Positions 9,502-20,201 are shown, counted from the first letter of the stretch. The stretch is 64,000 bases of DNA from an uncultured Nitrososphaerota archaeon (GCA_963718895.1 CAVRAG010000007.1:32001-96000), one strand, 5' to 3'. Program-made: numbers and translations. The notes: generated by a model from the sequence alone, not told the origin.

Positions 9502-10743
9502 ATGAACAGAGTGGAGCCCGGTTCAGCAGAGTGGTACGGAGTGCAGGTGGTTCGAAGCCGCCGGCGGGGACTGGCCTATGTTGCCGCAGTCGCCTTCACG
9601 GCGGTGGTTCTCGCGGCAACGCTCTATCAATCGCTGACGTCCGCCGTCGCCGGGCAATCGAGCGGCAGTGAATCGAGTCTACCGGGGCTGACCTCCCCTA
9701 GGTCGACCGGTACGCTCACCACGGCGCTCACCTCGGTCTCCACCCGGGCTTCGGGTTCGACCACGGCAGTCCCGTCCATCCTGGCAGTGAACCAGGAGAG
9801 GTCGGGTCTTGTCGCGTCAGACTCCCTGACCACAGGAGGGACGGGCCAGTGGATATTCTACGGCAGCGCGCCGGTTGAAGGCGGGATCGGAACGTACAGC
9901 GAGAACGGAAGCGGCCTCTATCTCGGGGTACTCGCCCGCACCGCCGGCACATACGCGGGGTTCTACGCGAGAATGTCCGTGAACGCGGATGTCTTCAATG
10001 CTGTCATCTCTCTTCCTGTGAACAGGACCGCAGGCGACGTCAGGTTCAACACGGGCCTCTACGTCCAGACGGGGGGCCCCGGCGTCACATATGTCACCTG
10101 TGACGCGGGAGTGAATTCGAGGGGCTACTCCTGGGTCGTCGACAGGGCCGTGGGGGACGCGAAGCAGGCGGAGACGATTACTCCTCTATGGTTCGAAGCG
10201 AATCAAGACCAGCCGCTCACCAGGGACTGCACCATAGTGACGAACGGACAGAACCTCCTCGAGGTCTATCTCGACCACAAGCTCGTCTACTCCAACTCCT
10301 CCATGGACCTGGGATACCAGTATCCCCTGAGCGCCCGGGTCGAGGTGCAGTCCAACGACAACTCGACGATGCGCTTCGGCCGATACTCGGACTTCTACGC
10401 GGCGACGTCCGACAACGTCACAGTGACCCACGCGCCGGTGGGAGCGGTCGTTGAGCTCGTCAGTCCGTCGGGCCGAGTCTACTTCAGCAAGACCGCGGGG
10501 GCGTCAGGGACAGTCCAGATCGGCCTGGCGGCGTTCGCGATGCCGCTGATCGCCTATGTGCGCGTGGTCTACCTTGGACGCACGCTCGCGACGAGCCGGC
10601 AGCCGGCGGAGGTATGGGGAGGCGATGCCTACACGTTCGGCCCGCTGGGTGTCGTGGCCCTCCACCGGTCAGGGCGCGGCCCCGAAGCCGATCCTAGGGC
10701 AGCCGCACGGGCTCCGCAGAGCTGGAGGAAGAGATCCCCTTAG
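9502..10743 (+). CDS. Membrane-anchored extracellular protein, Ser/Thr linker plus beta-rich domain
   Basis: RSRRR followed by a hydrophobic anchor, an S/T-rich linker and an aromatic/Gly-rich beta-strand pattern. Confidence 0.7.
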   Translation: MNRVEPGSAEWYGVQVVRSRRRGLAYVAAVAFTAVVLAATLYQSLTSAVAGQSSGSESSLPGLTSPRSTGTLTTALTSVSTRASGSTTAVPSILAVNQERSGLVASDSLTTGGTGQWIFYGSAPVEGGIGTYSENGSGLYLGVLARTAGTYAGFYARMSVNADVFNAVISLPVNRTAGDVRFNTGLYVQTGGPGVTYVTCDAGVNSRGYSWVVDRAVGDAKQAETITPLWFEANQDQPLTRDCTIVTNGQNLLEVYLDHKLVYSNSSMDLGYQYPLSARVEVQSNDNSTMRFGRYSDFYAATSDNVTVTHAPVGAVVELVSPSGRVYFSKTAGASGTVQIGLAAFAMPLIAYVRVVYLGRTLATSRQPAEVWGGDAYTFGPLGVVALHRSGRGPEADPRAAARAPQSWRKRSP

Positions 10744-12284
10744 CGGTCCCGTTGACGACGTACGCGTAAAGTGATCGTGTCGTCGATCGGCGACCAGGTT
10801 GATCGCCTGGTTGCTGGTCCCGTTCGCCCACGACGAGAACGTGTAGGTCTTGAAGCTCTGCATGACGATGGTGTAGTTGACCGTACGGGTCGCGACCCAG
10901 GTGAACGGGGTGTACCCCCCGGCGACCATCGTGCCGTTCGTCCACACGGTCGTCCAGATTCCGACGACCGGGATGTTGTTCGTCTCGTTCGTGAGCACCG
11001 TCACCACCGAGGCGTTCGAGCTCGACGTGCTCGAATACGCGACGAGGGTCGTGGCCTGCTTGGGCGAGAGGCTGACCGTCCGCGCCTTGCTCCCGCCGCT
11101 CCAGTGGTCGAAGACGTACCCCCCGTCGTCCCTCACGGTGACCGTGACCTTCGACCCTGAGATGACCTGGAACGTGGCCGGGGCATGGGCCGTGGTGCTC
11201 GTCCCGTCCGGCTGGACGACCGTCACCTGGAATCCCCGGTCCACGGAGGTCCCGTTCGGCGTCAGCGTCTCCACGGTCACGGGGACCAGGGACGAGAGCT
11301 CCGAGGCGAGCTGGTCGAAGTAAGGGGGGAGCGACCCGTAGGGAAAAGGCCTGACCCCGTTCGTGATGAAGAGCGACCCGACGTAGTCGGAGGCCGCTGC
11401 GACGTAGTAGGGATTCGATCGAGGTCTGGTCATAGACGAGAACGCGAAGTTGCTCTTGGTGTAGTTCGAGTGCCATCCCCCACGTATCGAGAGCGCGGGG
11501 AGGTGGGAGTTCTCGAAGTAGCCGATTGTCGTGACGGACCCCATGAAGTAGTAGGGGATGTCAGTACCCGAGTTCCCGAAGTCGGTGGTGTAGCCGAGGG
11601 ACTTGATGTAGGCCGTGAGCGCGGAGTAGTAGGCGGGGATGTACGCACTGGTCGAGCTGTACTCCAGGTTGTACATCTGGTCGAGGTAGATCCCGCTGAC
11701 GCTGTACCACCTGTGCCATGCCAGTATATCGCCCTCGACGGAGGGGACTGGTCTGTCCCCCCACCCCGTGGGGACGTACCCTAGGACCACGACCCCCGCC
11801 GACCGCATCTCGACCAGGCCGGCGCCGTAGGTCGAGTTAGCCACGGGTCTGGGTCCGCCGGACGGGTTGGCCACCACGGTGATCGCGAGGCGGGGTGCGC
11901 GGCCTTCTCCGCGATAATCTGACCCATCTCTGTTAGCGAGTAGTTCGTGAACATAGGGATGATCACCCCCGTCCCGAGCTGCGGGGTGCTGGACGAGCCG
12001 TTGCTCGTCTGGGTGGAGTGGCTCTGGGACCCCGAGGATTGCGTCGAGACGGTCTGGGTCGGCGGCGACCCTCCCTGGCTGGAATGGGAAGAGACCGTGA
12101 CGCCAGTGTCCGAGACGGTCGAGCTCGGCTGCGGGGACGGACCGAAGGCCGAGGTGCTGGAGAGGACGAGGACCGCGATCACCGCCACGGCCAGGGAAGC
12201 CTGGACTGCCCTGTTCCTGAGAGGCCCGGGGACGGTCTTCATACGGCCTTGCCACCCATTGCAGCTGCGGGTGCCGACCGCCAC
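10694..12284 (-). CDS. Anchored spherulin-4/GH135-like protein with S/T linker and two C-terminal repeats (frameshifts)
   Basis: N-part in ORF 11781-12284 (TM, linker, VIIPMF), then VVANPSGGP, LGYVPTGWG, GIYLDQM, GYFEN. Repeats contain FDHW and GGYTPFTW. Confidence 0.8.
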
Positions 12285-14004
12285 CTACTTGCTCGTATCC
12301 AGACCATAGACCGTCTCACCTGCCGCACAGACTATCAGCCCGTCGGCCACAGAGGGCGTAGCGAAGTGGTCGGGCGAGCCCAGGGCCACCTTCGTGACCA
12401 GTTTCCCTGTCTGCGGGTTCAGCGCGTAGAGGGTACCGTTGGAGATGTCGAAGGTCCAGACGGCCCCCCCTGCGACGATGGGGGGCCCGGCGAAGCCCCC
12501 GCTGAAGTTCCAGAGTGAGGTGAAGGTCGGGTCTGCGCCGGCCTTGATCGAAAGCGCGCGCAGGCCGTTGGCGCAGGGCACGTAGACGACGCCCGAAGCG
12601 TACGCGGTCGAACCCCAGGCGCCCGAGGGACAGACCTGCGAGGAGAAGAGCTCACCCCCGACTCCGCCCAGATTCGAGGAGTTGAGCAGGTAGCCCACGC
12701 CCTCCTTCCCGATAGAGAAGAACTAGGTTGCCCGGAAGCAGAGTCGCCCCCGTAGTGCCGAGGTCCATGTCGTTCGCGTTGAGGTAGGTGTAGTTCGCGT
12801 CGCCGAAGTACCCGACGACCTTGAGGTCAGGCGTGAACTTGATCACGGCGTCGGAATAGTCGAACGGAGGAGACGTCTGCTGGCTGTCTGACGTCACGAC
12901 GTAGAGGAACCCCGAGCCATCGACGGAGATCCCCTCCGGAGCCCAGATGTCTGCCTCGACCGTCGCTGGGACTTCGTAGCTGTGCTGAGTGCCGTTGCCG
13001 TTCGCGGAGACGCCGACTATCCAGCCGTGTGGCGGGACACAGGCCCAGGAGAACCCGCCGAAGGGGACGTAGACGAAGCCGTCCGTGAGCGTCAACGCAG
13101 CCCTCTGTTCCTCCCCTGTGGACACGAACCCCGAGGGCGAGATGGGCATGGACCAGCGGATGGCCCCCGTGTTGGTGTCCACCGCGTACAGCTCGTAGCT
13201 GGGCCCGGCGACCATCGCCACGACGTAGAGCGTCCCAGTGGAGGAGTCGATCACCGGCGTTCCCGTAATCCCGATGGTGGGGACGATGTCAGGGCCGTGG
13301 CCGCCGCACTCGAGAGGGGGGACGGTGGCGCTGACCGCTGACCCTAGGTGCCTGGTCCACTGGAGAGCCCCGGTTGCCGCAGAGAACGAGTACTCGGTGT
13401 CGTTCTCGGTCACGACGAAGACAGAGCCGTCGAACGAGAGAGGCTCCGCGTAGACCTGACCGTCGACTTGTGCCTTCCATGCGACTGAGAGCGAGGTCAG
13501 CGTCGGGACCGAGGTGTCGTACCCGTCCCTGGCATTGCTACCATGATAGGTGAGCCAGTATCCGGCCGCGGAGGTCGAGGTGGACGACGTGCTCGTGGTG
13601 CTGGTCGTCGTCGAGGTCGTGCTCGTCGTACTTGTCTCACTCGTCGTGCTAGTTGCGCTAGTAGTGCTAATAGTGCTCGTTACGCTAGTCGTGCTGGTTG
13701 TCCTAGTGGTCGATGTCGTGGATGTCGTGGAGGACTGGATGATCGTCGAGGTTACGTTAGATTCCTGGCTCGATGTCCCGATGGACGAGGTGCTAGAGGT
13801 CGTCGGTGCCGAACCTTGCACGTTGCTCGAGAACTCCGATGATGCGATGACCACGACCGAGAGCACGACCAGAATCGAGACCCCGAGCGCGACGATGTAA
13901 CCCCTCTTCCGTCTGCGCAGGGCTCTATCCCTATCCTCCATCGCAGGCGTACCCTGTCTGAGCCTACCTGCGTTGTGTAAGCTTCCTCGGGTAGAATCAT
14001 CCAT
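12285..14004 (-). CDS. Anchored PQQ-like beta-propeller with Ser/Thr stalk (frameshift ~12715)
   Basis: RRRKR plus TM, T/S stalk, WLTYHGSNARDG, VYAEPL, GITGTPVID, DMDLGTTG; C-part in ORF 12285-12698. Paralog of 5390-8360. Confidence 0.85.
13565..13810 (-). repeat. Low-complexity Ser/Thr-coding 9-nt periodic repeat
   Basis: Encodes TTSTTS... stalk. Confidence 0.75.
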
Positions 14005-14122
14005 AATCGGGCGACGGGAAGGCCGGTAGCCTCTGCCGCCATCGTGATGTTCTAGCTAGAAATATTCTGGTCGAATCGGGTCAAGCCATAAATATCACAG
14101 GTGGTCCTTTTTCCCGTGTACC

Positions 14123-14648
14123 ATGGCTCGGGACCTTCGGGATGTCGTCAACAAGATCATGGTCGCGATGAGCGACAGCGAGCCGACCTCTGAGGAGATC
14201 GCGGGGCTCGCTTCTGACCTCGCAACGTTCTTCGACGCGTCCATCGTCCTCGTCTATCTCGGTTCCATGCCGATGACGATCCCTTCGAGCGAGGGTCCCA
14301 TCGGCCACACGGAGATCGCCGCGGCCGTGGAAGCGGTCGACGAGAAGGGAAGGAAGACGCTTGACAGGATGGCGGAGGATCCTGACAGCTCACGGCGTCC
14401 CCGTCAAGTCGCGCGTCGTGCTGGGGGAAAGGGGGCACGCCATAAAGGAGATAATCGAGCAGGAGAAGTGCGACCTGGTGGTCCTTCCCCATTGGCAGTC
14501 GGGCGCGGCCCAGAGGTTCCTCCGGGTCTTCTCTCCCAGCGTCCTCGAGGACGCGACCTGTCCCGTGTTGGTGCTAAAGGGCAGCAGGTGGCTTACCGAA
14601 TCAAGGGCGCCGAGGGAGGGGCCGGCAAGCCCGGCGCAGGGAAGTTGA
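14123..14648 (+). CDS. uspA: Universal stress protein, UspA family (frameshift ~14378)
   Basis: KIMVAMSDSE, then VVLGERGHAIKEIIEQEKCDLVVL...VLEDATCPVLVLK in the next frame. Confidence 0.85.
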
Positions 14649-14655
14649 CCATCCG

Positions 14656-15080
14656 CTAGGCCCTGCCGCGCTGTTCGTCGACCACGCGGCCAGCGGGGGC
14701 GGGCTTCCTCCCCTCCTGGACCAGCGTGAGGAGCGGGATGGCGAGCGGGACCAAGATGAGGGCCTGCTGGACGCCGTACTTCCTCCGATAGACGTTCCCG
14801 TGGGCCAGTTCGAACGCGACCTCTTCCTTCGCGCTCCCCCTCATGGCTATGGAGACAGAGTAGGCGAGAAGCGGAATATAGTTGAGGCCAAGCAGAATGA
14901 GGTAGGCCCCTATGGAAGTGGTCTCGGCGGTGCGCTGATGGACGAAGAGGAGGAACGCGAGGCCGAGGACGCCCAGAAAGAAGACCCCGAACCCGAACTC
15001 CAGCAGGTCCTGCGCCGCCCGCGGTAGACGATGTCGATCGCGGCCAGCTTCCTGATGTTGATGAACCGCTCGGTCTCCAC
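14656..15080 (-). CDS. Membrane protein (frameshift ~15010)
   Basis: GTG 15080 gives METERFINIRKLAAIDIVYRG, joining the hydrophobic LLEFGFGVFFLG... frame. Confidence 0.6.
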
Positions 15081-15134
15081 GGTGGCGACGCCGCGGCTGG
15101 AGATTTAACGATGGCGGACGGTCCTCGCCCCGCG

Positions 15135-15518
15135 TCACATCTTCCCTGAGATCTCCCGGACCGCCCCGGCGAGCTTCTTGTCACCGGCGAGGTCGGAGTA
15201 GTAGGCGAGAATCTCCAGCTGCTTCTTCATCTCCTTCTGGGAGGCGCCCTTGAGCTTCGCGAGCTCAGTTCGGCCTTTGTTCGAGATGACATAGCGCCTT
15301 GTGGTTCCGGCCGCAGGTGGCAGCTCGACGATGAGGTCTCCCTTCCTCAGCTCCGCGACCATGAAGTAGATGGATCCCGGTCCGGGCTTCCACGCGCCCT
15401 CGCTGGAGCGCCTGATCTGCTCCTGAAGCTCCGACCCCGAGAGCGAGGACTCCGAGAGCAGCTGGAGGGCTATCAGCTTGAGGAGCCCCCTCGGCGCGCT
15501 GGCCATGGGAAGCCTCAC
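15135..15518 (-). CDS. PadR family transcriptional regulator
   Basis: PRGLLKLIAL, WKPGPGSIY, RRYVISNKG. Confidence 0.9.
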   Translation of the reverse strand: MRLPMASAPRGLLKLIALQLLSESSLSGSELQEQIRRSSEGAWKPGPGSIYFMVAELRKGDLIVELPPAAGTTRRYVISNKGRTELAKLKGASQKEMKKQLEILAYYSDLAGDKKLAGAVREISGKM

Positions 15519-15620
15519 CCCTTCGTCGGGTTATATGCGAGCCGGTGCGTCGGGGCCAGCATCAAGCAATCACGGGAGCCCTGCTCTTTTATTACGGACG
15601 AATCCCCGCAGTGGGCGAGC

Positions 15621-16582
15621 TTGGTCAACCACTGCATCTCCCACGTCAAGGACGCGGACGGGCTCTGTTCCGCGGCGCTCACGCTGGCCGCGAAGGGAGG
15701 GACGTTCAGCCTGACCGACTACGACCAGCTCATAGCAGAGCTCGACACGATTCCCAAAGAGGCCACAGAGCTCGTGCTCTGCGACCTCGGCACCGACCCG
15801 TCGCGCTTCCCTGATTTCAGGAACAGGATAGGCGAGCTGACCAAGGAGCTACAGGTCACGTACATCGACCACCACTACCTCTCGCCCGAGATGAAGGCGG
15901 AGCTCGCAGACGCTCGGCATCCACATCGTCCACGACGTCGACGAGTGCTCGAGCATGCTCACCTACTCCACGTTCAAGCCGCTGCTCGCCACTCCGTCGA
16001 AGTATCTCGCGCTCTTCGGCGCGGTAACCGACTACCTCGACTCTTCGCCGCTCGCCGGCAAGATGATGGAGAGGTTCGACCGCCAGTTCGTGCTCCTCGA
16101 GGCGACGCTCCTCTCCTACGCGATATCAAACAAGGGGCAGGGACACGGAATACCTGGAGAGGGCTGGTCAGGGCCCTCTCGAGGATGGAGATCCCGCACA
16201 CCATCAGGGGCGTCAGCGAGGCCGCCCTGAGGCAGGCAGAGACCGTGAGGAAGCTCTCCGGCGAGGTCGGCACGAAGGGCACGGCGCTGGGGAGGCTGGC
16301 CTACATGGAGACCGAGCAGAGCAGCACCGGGAACGTCGCGAAGCTGCTTCTCGGCGCGTTCAACGTCCAGGTCGGCGTCTCCTACAGGGCAAAGGCCGAC
16401 GGAGGGTCGAGATGAGCCTGAGGTGCACCTCCGAGTGCAAGGTCCACCTCGGTCAGACCATAGGCGAGATTGCTGGAAGGCACGGCGGGAACGGCGGTGG
16501 CCACGCAGAGGCCGCGGGCTGCACCGTGAAGAGCGCCGAGGTCCTGCCGGTGCTCCGCGAGCTCGAGGCGCAGCTCGCCTAG
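15621..16582 (+). CDS. DHH/DHHA1 family phosphoesterase (frameshifts)
   Basis: SHxKDADGLCSA, LCDLG, YIDHH, C-terminal GGGHAEAAG; indels near 15912, 16140, 16410. Confidence 0.85.
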
Positions 16583-17262
16583 GCCACGCAGAAGATCGTG
16601 ATCGACCCGCCGAGCTGCCTCTGCCTGAGGTCGACGCTAGAGAAGCGCGTGCCAAGGAGCGCGGAGAGGAAGCCGTTCTTCATCGTGAGCAGGTAGGTGT
16701 CGTAGAGCGAAGCAAAACCAAAACCCAGCCTGCCGCCGGTGATCGCCCCTATCACAGGGACTCCGACCCTGATATACGCCCCGAGCAGGACCGCCTTCGG
16801 GAAGGAGTCGGGTTTTCCCAGGTCGCACAGAGCGAACCGCCCGCCCTCTGCCGTCACCCTCCTCACCTCGCCCACCGCGACGAGGAGGTCCTGCGAATCC
16901 CTCAGCGAGAAGCCGGCGACCACAGCGCCGAACGCTCCGTCGCGGAAGGGCAGCGCCTCGAAGGTCGCTTGCACCATGAGTTCACCACCAGCGACCAGCA
17001 GCATCCTCCTCGAGGCGTCGACCAGAACTGGCGTGCCCCCTTTCCCCGACACGACCCTCGCCAATGTCCCAGGGCCGGACCCGAGGTCGAGGACGAGGCT
17101 CGCCCCGGCTACCGCGAATCCGCCACCTCTTCCCGCATCCTCGCATCCGAGAAGAGCGCGATCCGACTTGAGCCGGTCTCGTAGATGGGGATGATCGCTT
17201 CCAGCGAATCCACGACGTGTCCCCACTTGGACTGCAGCCCGGGCCTTCGCGGACGCGACCAT
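16579..17262 (-). CDS. UbiE/MenG-like class I SAM methyltransferase (N-terminal frameshifts)
   Basis: VLDLGSGPG, LPFRDGAF, GFSLRD. The N-terminal KWGHVVDSLEAIIPIYETGSSRI segment lies in an adjacent frame. Confidence 0.8.
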   Translation of the reverse strand: MVASAKARAAVQVGTRRGFAGSDHPHLRDRLKSDRALLGCEDAGRGGGFAVAGASLVLDLGSGPGTLARVVSGKGGTPVLVDASRRMLLVAGGELMVQATFEALPFRDGAFGAVVAGFSLRDSQDLLVAVGEVRRVTAEGGRFALCDLGKPDSFPKAVLLGAYIRVGVPVIGAITGGRLGFGFASLYDTYLLTMKNGFLSALLGTRFSSVDLRQRQLGGSITIFCVA

Positions 17263-17331
17263 CGCCCGCGACGCTTCGACTGCACTTGTAAGCGTTGGGC
17301 TGACGGGTTTGAGGTTAAGCGAAGGTTCCGA

Positions 17332-17610
17332 TTGCAGGCGAGCGCGGGGGAACCGAGATCGGCGGTGACGTTCGTTGTCGGCGCGGCCCTCCTCGTCATG
17401 GTGGGGCTGCCCTCAATCTTTCTCTTGGTCTTCGCGGTGCGGAAGGTCCAAAAAAAGAGCCGGCGAAGAGCTGACCGAGCGATACGTTCGGCCGATCGAG
17501 GTCCTGAGCCTGACCGAGGTGCCCTGTTGGCGACTAGTGCCATGACCCGTTCCGACGTGACGCCCGGCGTGGTCCCAATCCCCTCGACACAAGCGACCCC
17601 CGCGGCCTGA
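17332..17610 (+). CDS. Possible small single-TM protein
   Basis: TTG after GGTTAAG; hydrophobic stretch followed by a basic tail. Confidence 0.35.
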   Translation: MQASAGEPRSAVTFVVGAALLVMVGLPSIFLLVFAVRKVQKKSRRRADRAIRSADRGPEPDRGALLATSAMTRSDVTPGVVPIPSTQATPAA

Positions 17611-17848
17611 AAGTAGAGAAGAATCTCTGAGATGCCCGCGTCGTCACTCTCGCGGAGAGGCCGTCCCGCGTCCCGCAGCCGACCGAGGCTGGGCGCCGCG
17701 AGTTTTCGCTTTAAACGTTTGGAGGATGGCGCTGGTAGTGCCTCATCATCGGGTGTTTCTGAGGGCGCCTCACTTCCGGTAAGTCGATGGAACTGTTGCA
17801 AAGCGAATTGGCGAAAGGAATTAGGCGTAGTTCCTAAGTCTGGATAGT

Positions 17849-18094
17849 GTGAACAAGACCGAAAAACTTGCGCTCATTGTAGCACTGGCTTTGGTCGCAA
17901 TTTTCGTTCCCGTCATACCCGTGAAAGTGGTCACAAATGTACCCCTTTGGTGCGAGCTGGTAACCGATGTGTGTGCTACTCAGGGCAACGGCAATAATCA
18001 AACTTACAACGGATTCCTTTCATTGACAGCATATCTCATCAGATTCGGCGGAGCATTCTTCTTTGGTCAAGGGTATCATTTCCTGCCATTTTAG
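17849..18094 (+). CDS. Small membrane/secreted protein in an AT-richer patch
   Basis: Hydrophobic N-terminus, Cys pair, hydrophobic C-terminus. Confidence 0.6.
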   Translation: MNKTEKLALIVALALVAIFVPVIPVKVVTNVPLWCELVTDVCATQGNGNNQTYNGFLSLTAYLIRFGGAFFFGQGYHFLPF

Positions 18095-18264
18095 CGTCAT
18101 AGTCCGATGCGGGGCAGTTCTTCAATGATCCACTGATGGGACAATACCCAATCAATGGGAAACTTGAGAGACTGCTCAAAGAGAAGGCGAATTCGGATGC
18201 AAATCACCCGCAATGAAGCGCGGCCAGAAATCTCCCGAAGATGAAGCACCATCATGGCGCCGAC

Positions 18265-19191
18265 CTAGGCCAGCGTCAGAGTCTTCTCGTCTATCTTGAG
18301 CCCGAGCGCCAGCGAGTTCTCTTCGACCTGCTCTGGCGTGGAGGCCCCGACGATGGCGCTCGTCACGACAGAGTCCCGGACTAGCCACGCCAGGGCCAAC
18401 TGACGCAGGGAAACCCCCGCCCTTGCTGCGACGGCCGCGAGCCCCTCGACCCGCTCGAGCTCTCCCCCAGCCTTGACGGCCTCCCAGTAGTCCTGGACCG
18501 CGGCCCCGCGGCTCCCGGGGGGCGGGGCCGTCTGCCCTTGGCTGTACTTGCCGGTGAGGAGCCCGCCGGCGAGCGGGCTGTAGGCGAGCACCGCGATGTT
18601 CTCCTGGCGGCAGTAGGGGAGGAGTGCGGCCTCGGCTTCCCGCCTGAGCATGTTGTACTCGGGCTGGACTGCGACCGGCTTCTCGAGCCCGAGCGATTCG
18701 CAGATCCCGTCGACCTCCCTGAGCTGGTCAGCCGAGAAGTTAGAGCAGGCAACGTACCTCACCTTCTCCTCCTTCACGAGGTTGTCCATGGTTGTCAGCG
18801 TCTCCTCCAGGCTGGTCTCGGGGTCGAACCTGTGGAGGTAGAGGATGTCGACGTAGTCCGTCTGGAGCCGACGCAGGCTGTCGTTGAGCTGCCAGATGAT
18901 GTGCTTGCGCGACAAGCCCGTCGAGTTGGGCTTCGCTTCGTCGAGCGTGAGCCCGACCTTCGTGGCCACGATCAGGTCCTCCCTGTTCCCGCGGATTGCC
19001 CTGCCGATGAGCTCCTCCGAGCGCCCTCCGGTGTAGATGTTCGCCGTGTCGATGATGTTGACGCCGAGGTCGACCGCTTTGCCGATGATGCGCATTGTCG
19101 TCTCCTCGTCGACCTGAGCGCCGAAGTTGTTCGTGCCGAGGCAGAGCCTCGAGACCTTTACGCCTGCCCGGCCGAGACGCCTGTATTCCAT
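18265..19191 (-). CDS. Aldo/keto reductase
   Basis: LCLGT, IDTANIY, VATKVG, SLRRLQTDYVD..YLH, YSPLAGG. Confidence 0.95.
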   Translation of the reverse strand: MEYRRLGRAGVKVSRLCLGTNNFGAQVDEETTMRIIGKAVDLGVNIIDTANIYTGGRSEELIGRAIRGNREDLIVATKVGLTLDEAKPNSTGLSRKHIIWQLNDSLRRLQTDYVDILYLHRFDPETSLEETLTTMDNLVKEEKVRYVACSNFSADQLREVDGICESLGLEKPVAVQPEYNMLRREAEAALLPYCRQENIAVLAYSPLAGGLLTGKYSQGQTAPPPGSRGAAVQDYWEAVKAGGELERVEGLAAVAARAGVSLRQLALAWLVRDSVVTSAIVGASTPEQVEENSLALGLKIDEKTLTLA

Positions 19192-19238
19192 TAGCCTCCG
19201 TTCTGAGAGGTCTTAGTAAAGTTCTAGCCCGAGCAGCC

Positions 19239-20201
19239 TCAGAGAAGAAAGGACTTGTCGGTCTGGGTCGCCCCGGAGAAAGCCTCCCGGAGCGCTCTGG
19301 CGGCATCGCTCCTCCCCTTCGCGCCGAAAGGCAGCGTGAAGAAGCCGTGTATGGTGCCGTCGTAGCGTAGGACCTGGACCGGGACGCCGGCGTCCTTCAG
19401 CCGCGCCCCGTAGGCCTCGCCCTCGTCCCTGAGGGGGTCGTACTCGGCGGTGAGGACGATCGCGGGGGGAAGCCCGGTCAGGACCTTCGCCCTTAGGGGA
19501 GACGCGTATCCGTTCTCTCCTTCGCTCGGCGAGATCAGGTAGTGGTTCCAGAACCACATCATCTCCTCGGTCGCCAGCCCGTATCCCTCCCCGCAGGTCA
19601 GGTAGGACTTTGTGTCGAAGGAGTGGTCCGCGACCGGGTACACCAGGACCTGGAAGGCTATCGAGGGGCCCCTGCGGTCCCGTGCCATGAGGCAGACCAC
19701 CGCGGCGAGGTTGCCGCCAGCGCTGTCGCCAGCGACCGCTATCCGCGTGGGGTCGACGTCGAGCTGGGCGGAGTTCTCCGCGACCCAGAGGAGCGAGGCG
19801 TAGGCGTCCTCGATAGCTGCCGGGAACTTGCTCTCGGGCGCGAGTCTGTACCCAACCGAGACGACGACGCACCCCGCCGCGCTAGCGAGGGTCGCGCACG
19901 TGCGGGCGATGTCGGGCTCGTCGTGGCTGCCGAGGACCCACCCGCCTCCGTGAAAGTAAATCAAGACTGGAAGGCTCGCCCACTCCCTCGCCGCGGGCGT
20001 GAAGACGCGGACCGGGATCAGCCCTGCGGGTCCCGGGAAGGTGAGGTCCCTCGTCTGCACCCCCGCCGGCGGCTCCCACGGGAACATGTTCTCGTAGACC
20101 TTCGAGACGTCCCGGGCGCCCTGCGGCGTGAGGCCGGCGAGGGGAGGGGTGTTCACCTCGGCGACCCGCCGGAGGAACTCCTTCGAGCTCTGGTCGAGCA
20201 T
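19239..20201 (-). CDS. HSL-family alpha/beta hydrolase (esterase)
   Basis: YFHGGGWV, GDSAGG, DPLRDEG, HGF. Confidence 0.95.
   Translation of the reverse strand: MLDQSSKEFLRRVAEVNTPPLAGLTPQGARDVSKVYENMFPWEPPAGVQTRDLTFPGPAGLIPVRVFTPAAREWASLPVLIYFHGGGWVLGSHDEPDIARTCATLASAAGCVVVSVGYRLAPESKFPAAIEDAYASLLWVAENSAQLDVDPTRIAVAGDSAGGNLAAVVCLMARDRRGPSIAFQVLVYPVADHSFDTKSYLTCGEGYGLATEEMMWFWNHYLISPSEGENGYASPLRAKVLTGLPPAIVLTAEYDPLRDEGEAYGARLKDAGVPVQVLRYDGTIHGFFTLPFGAKGRSDAARALREAFSGATQTDKSFLL

Noticed and set aside
13565-13810. Periodic repeat as CRISPR or satellite
   Set aside because: No repeat-spacer structure; it encodes a Ser/Thr stalk.
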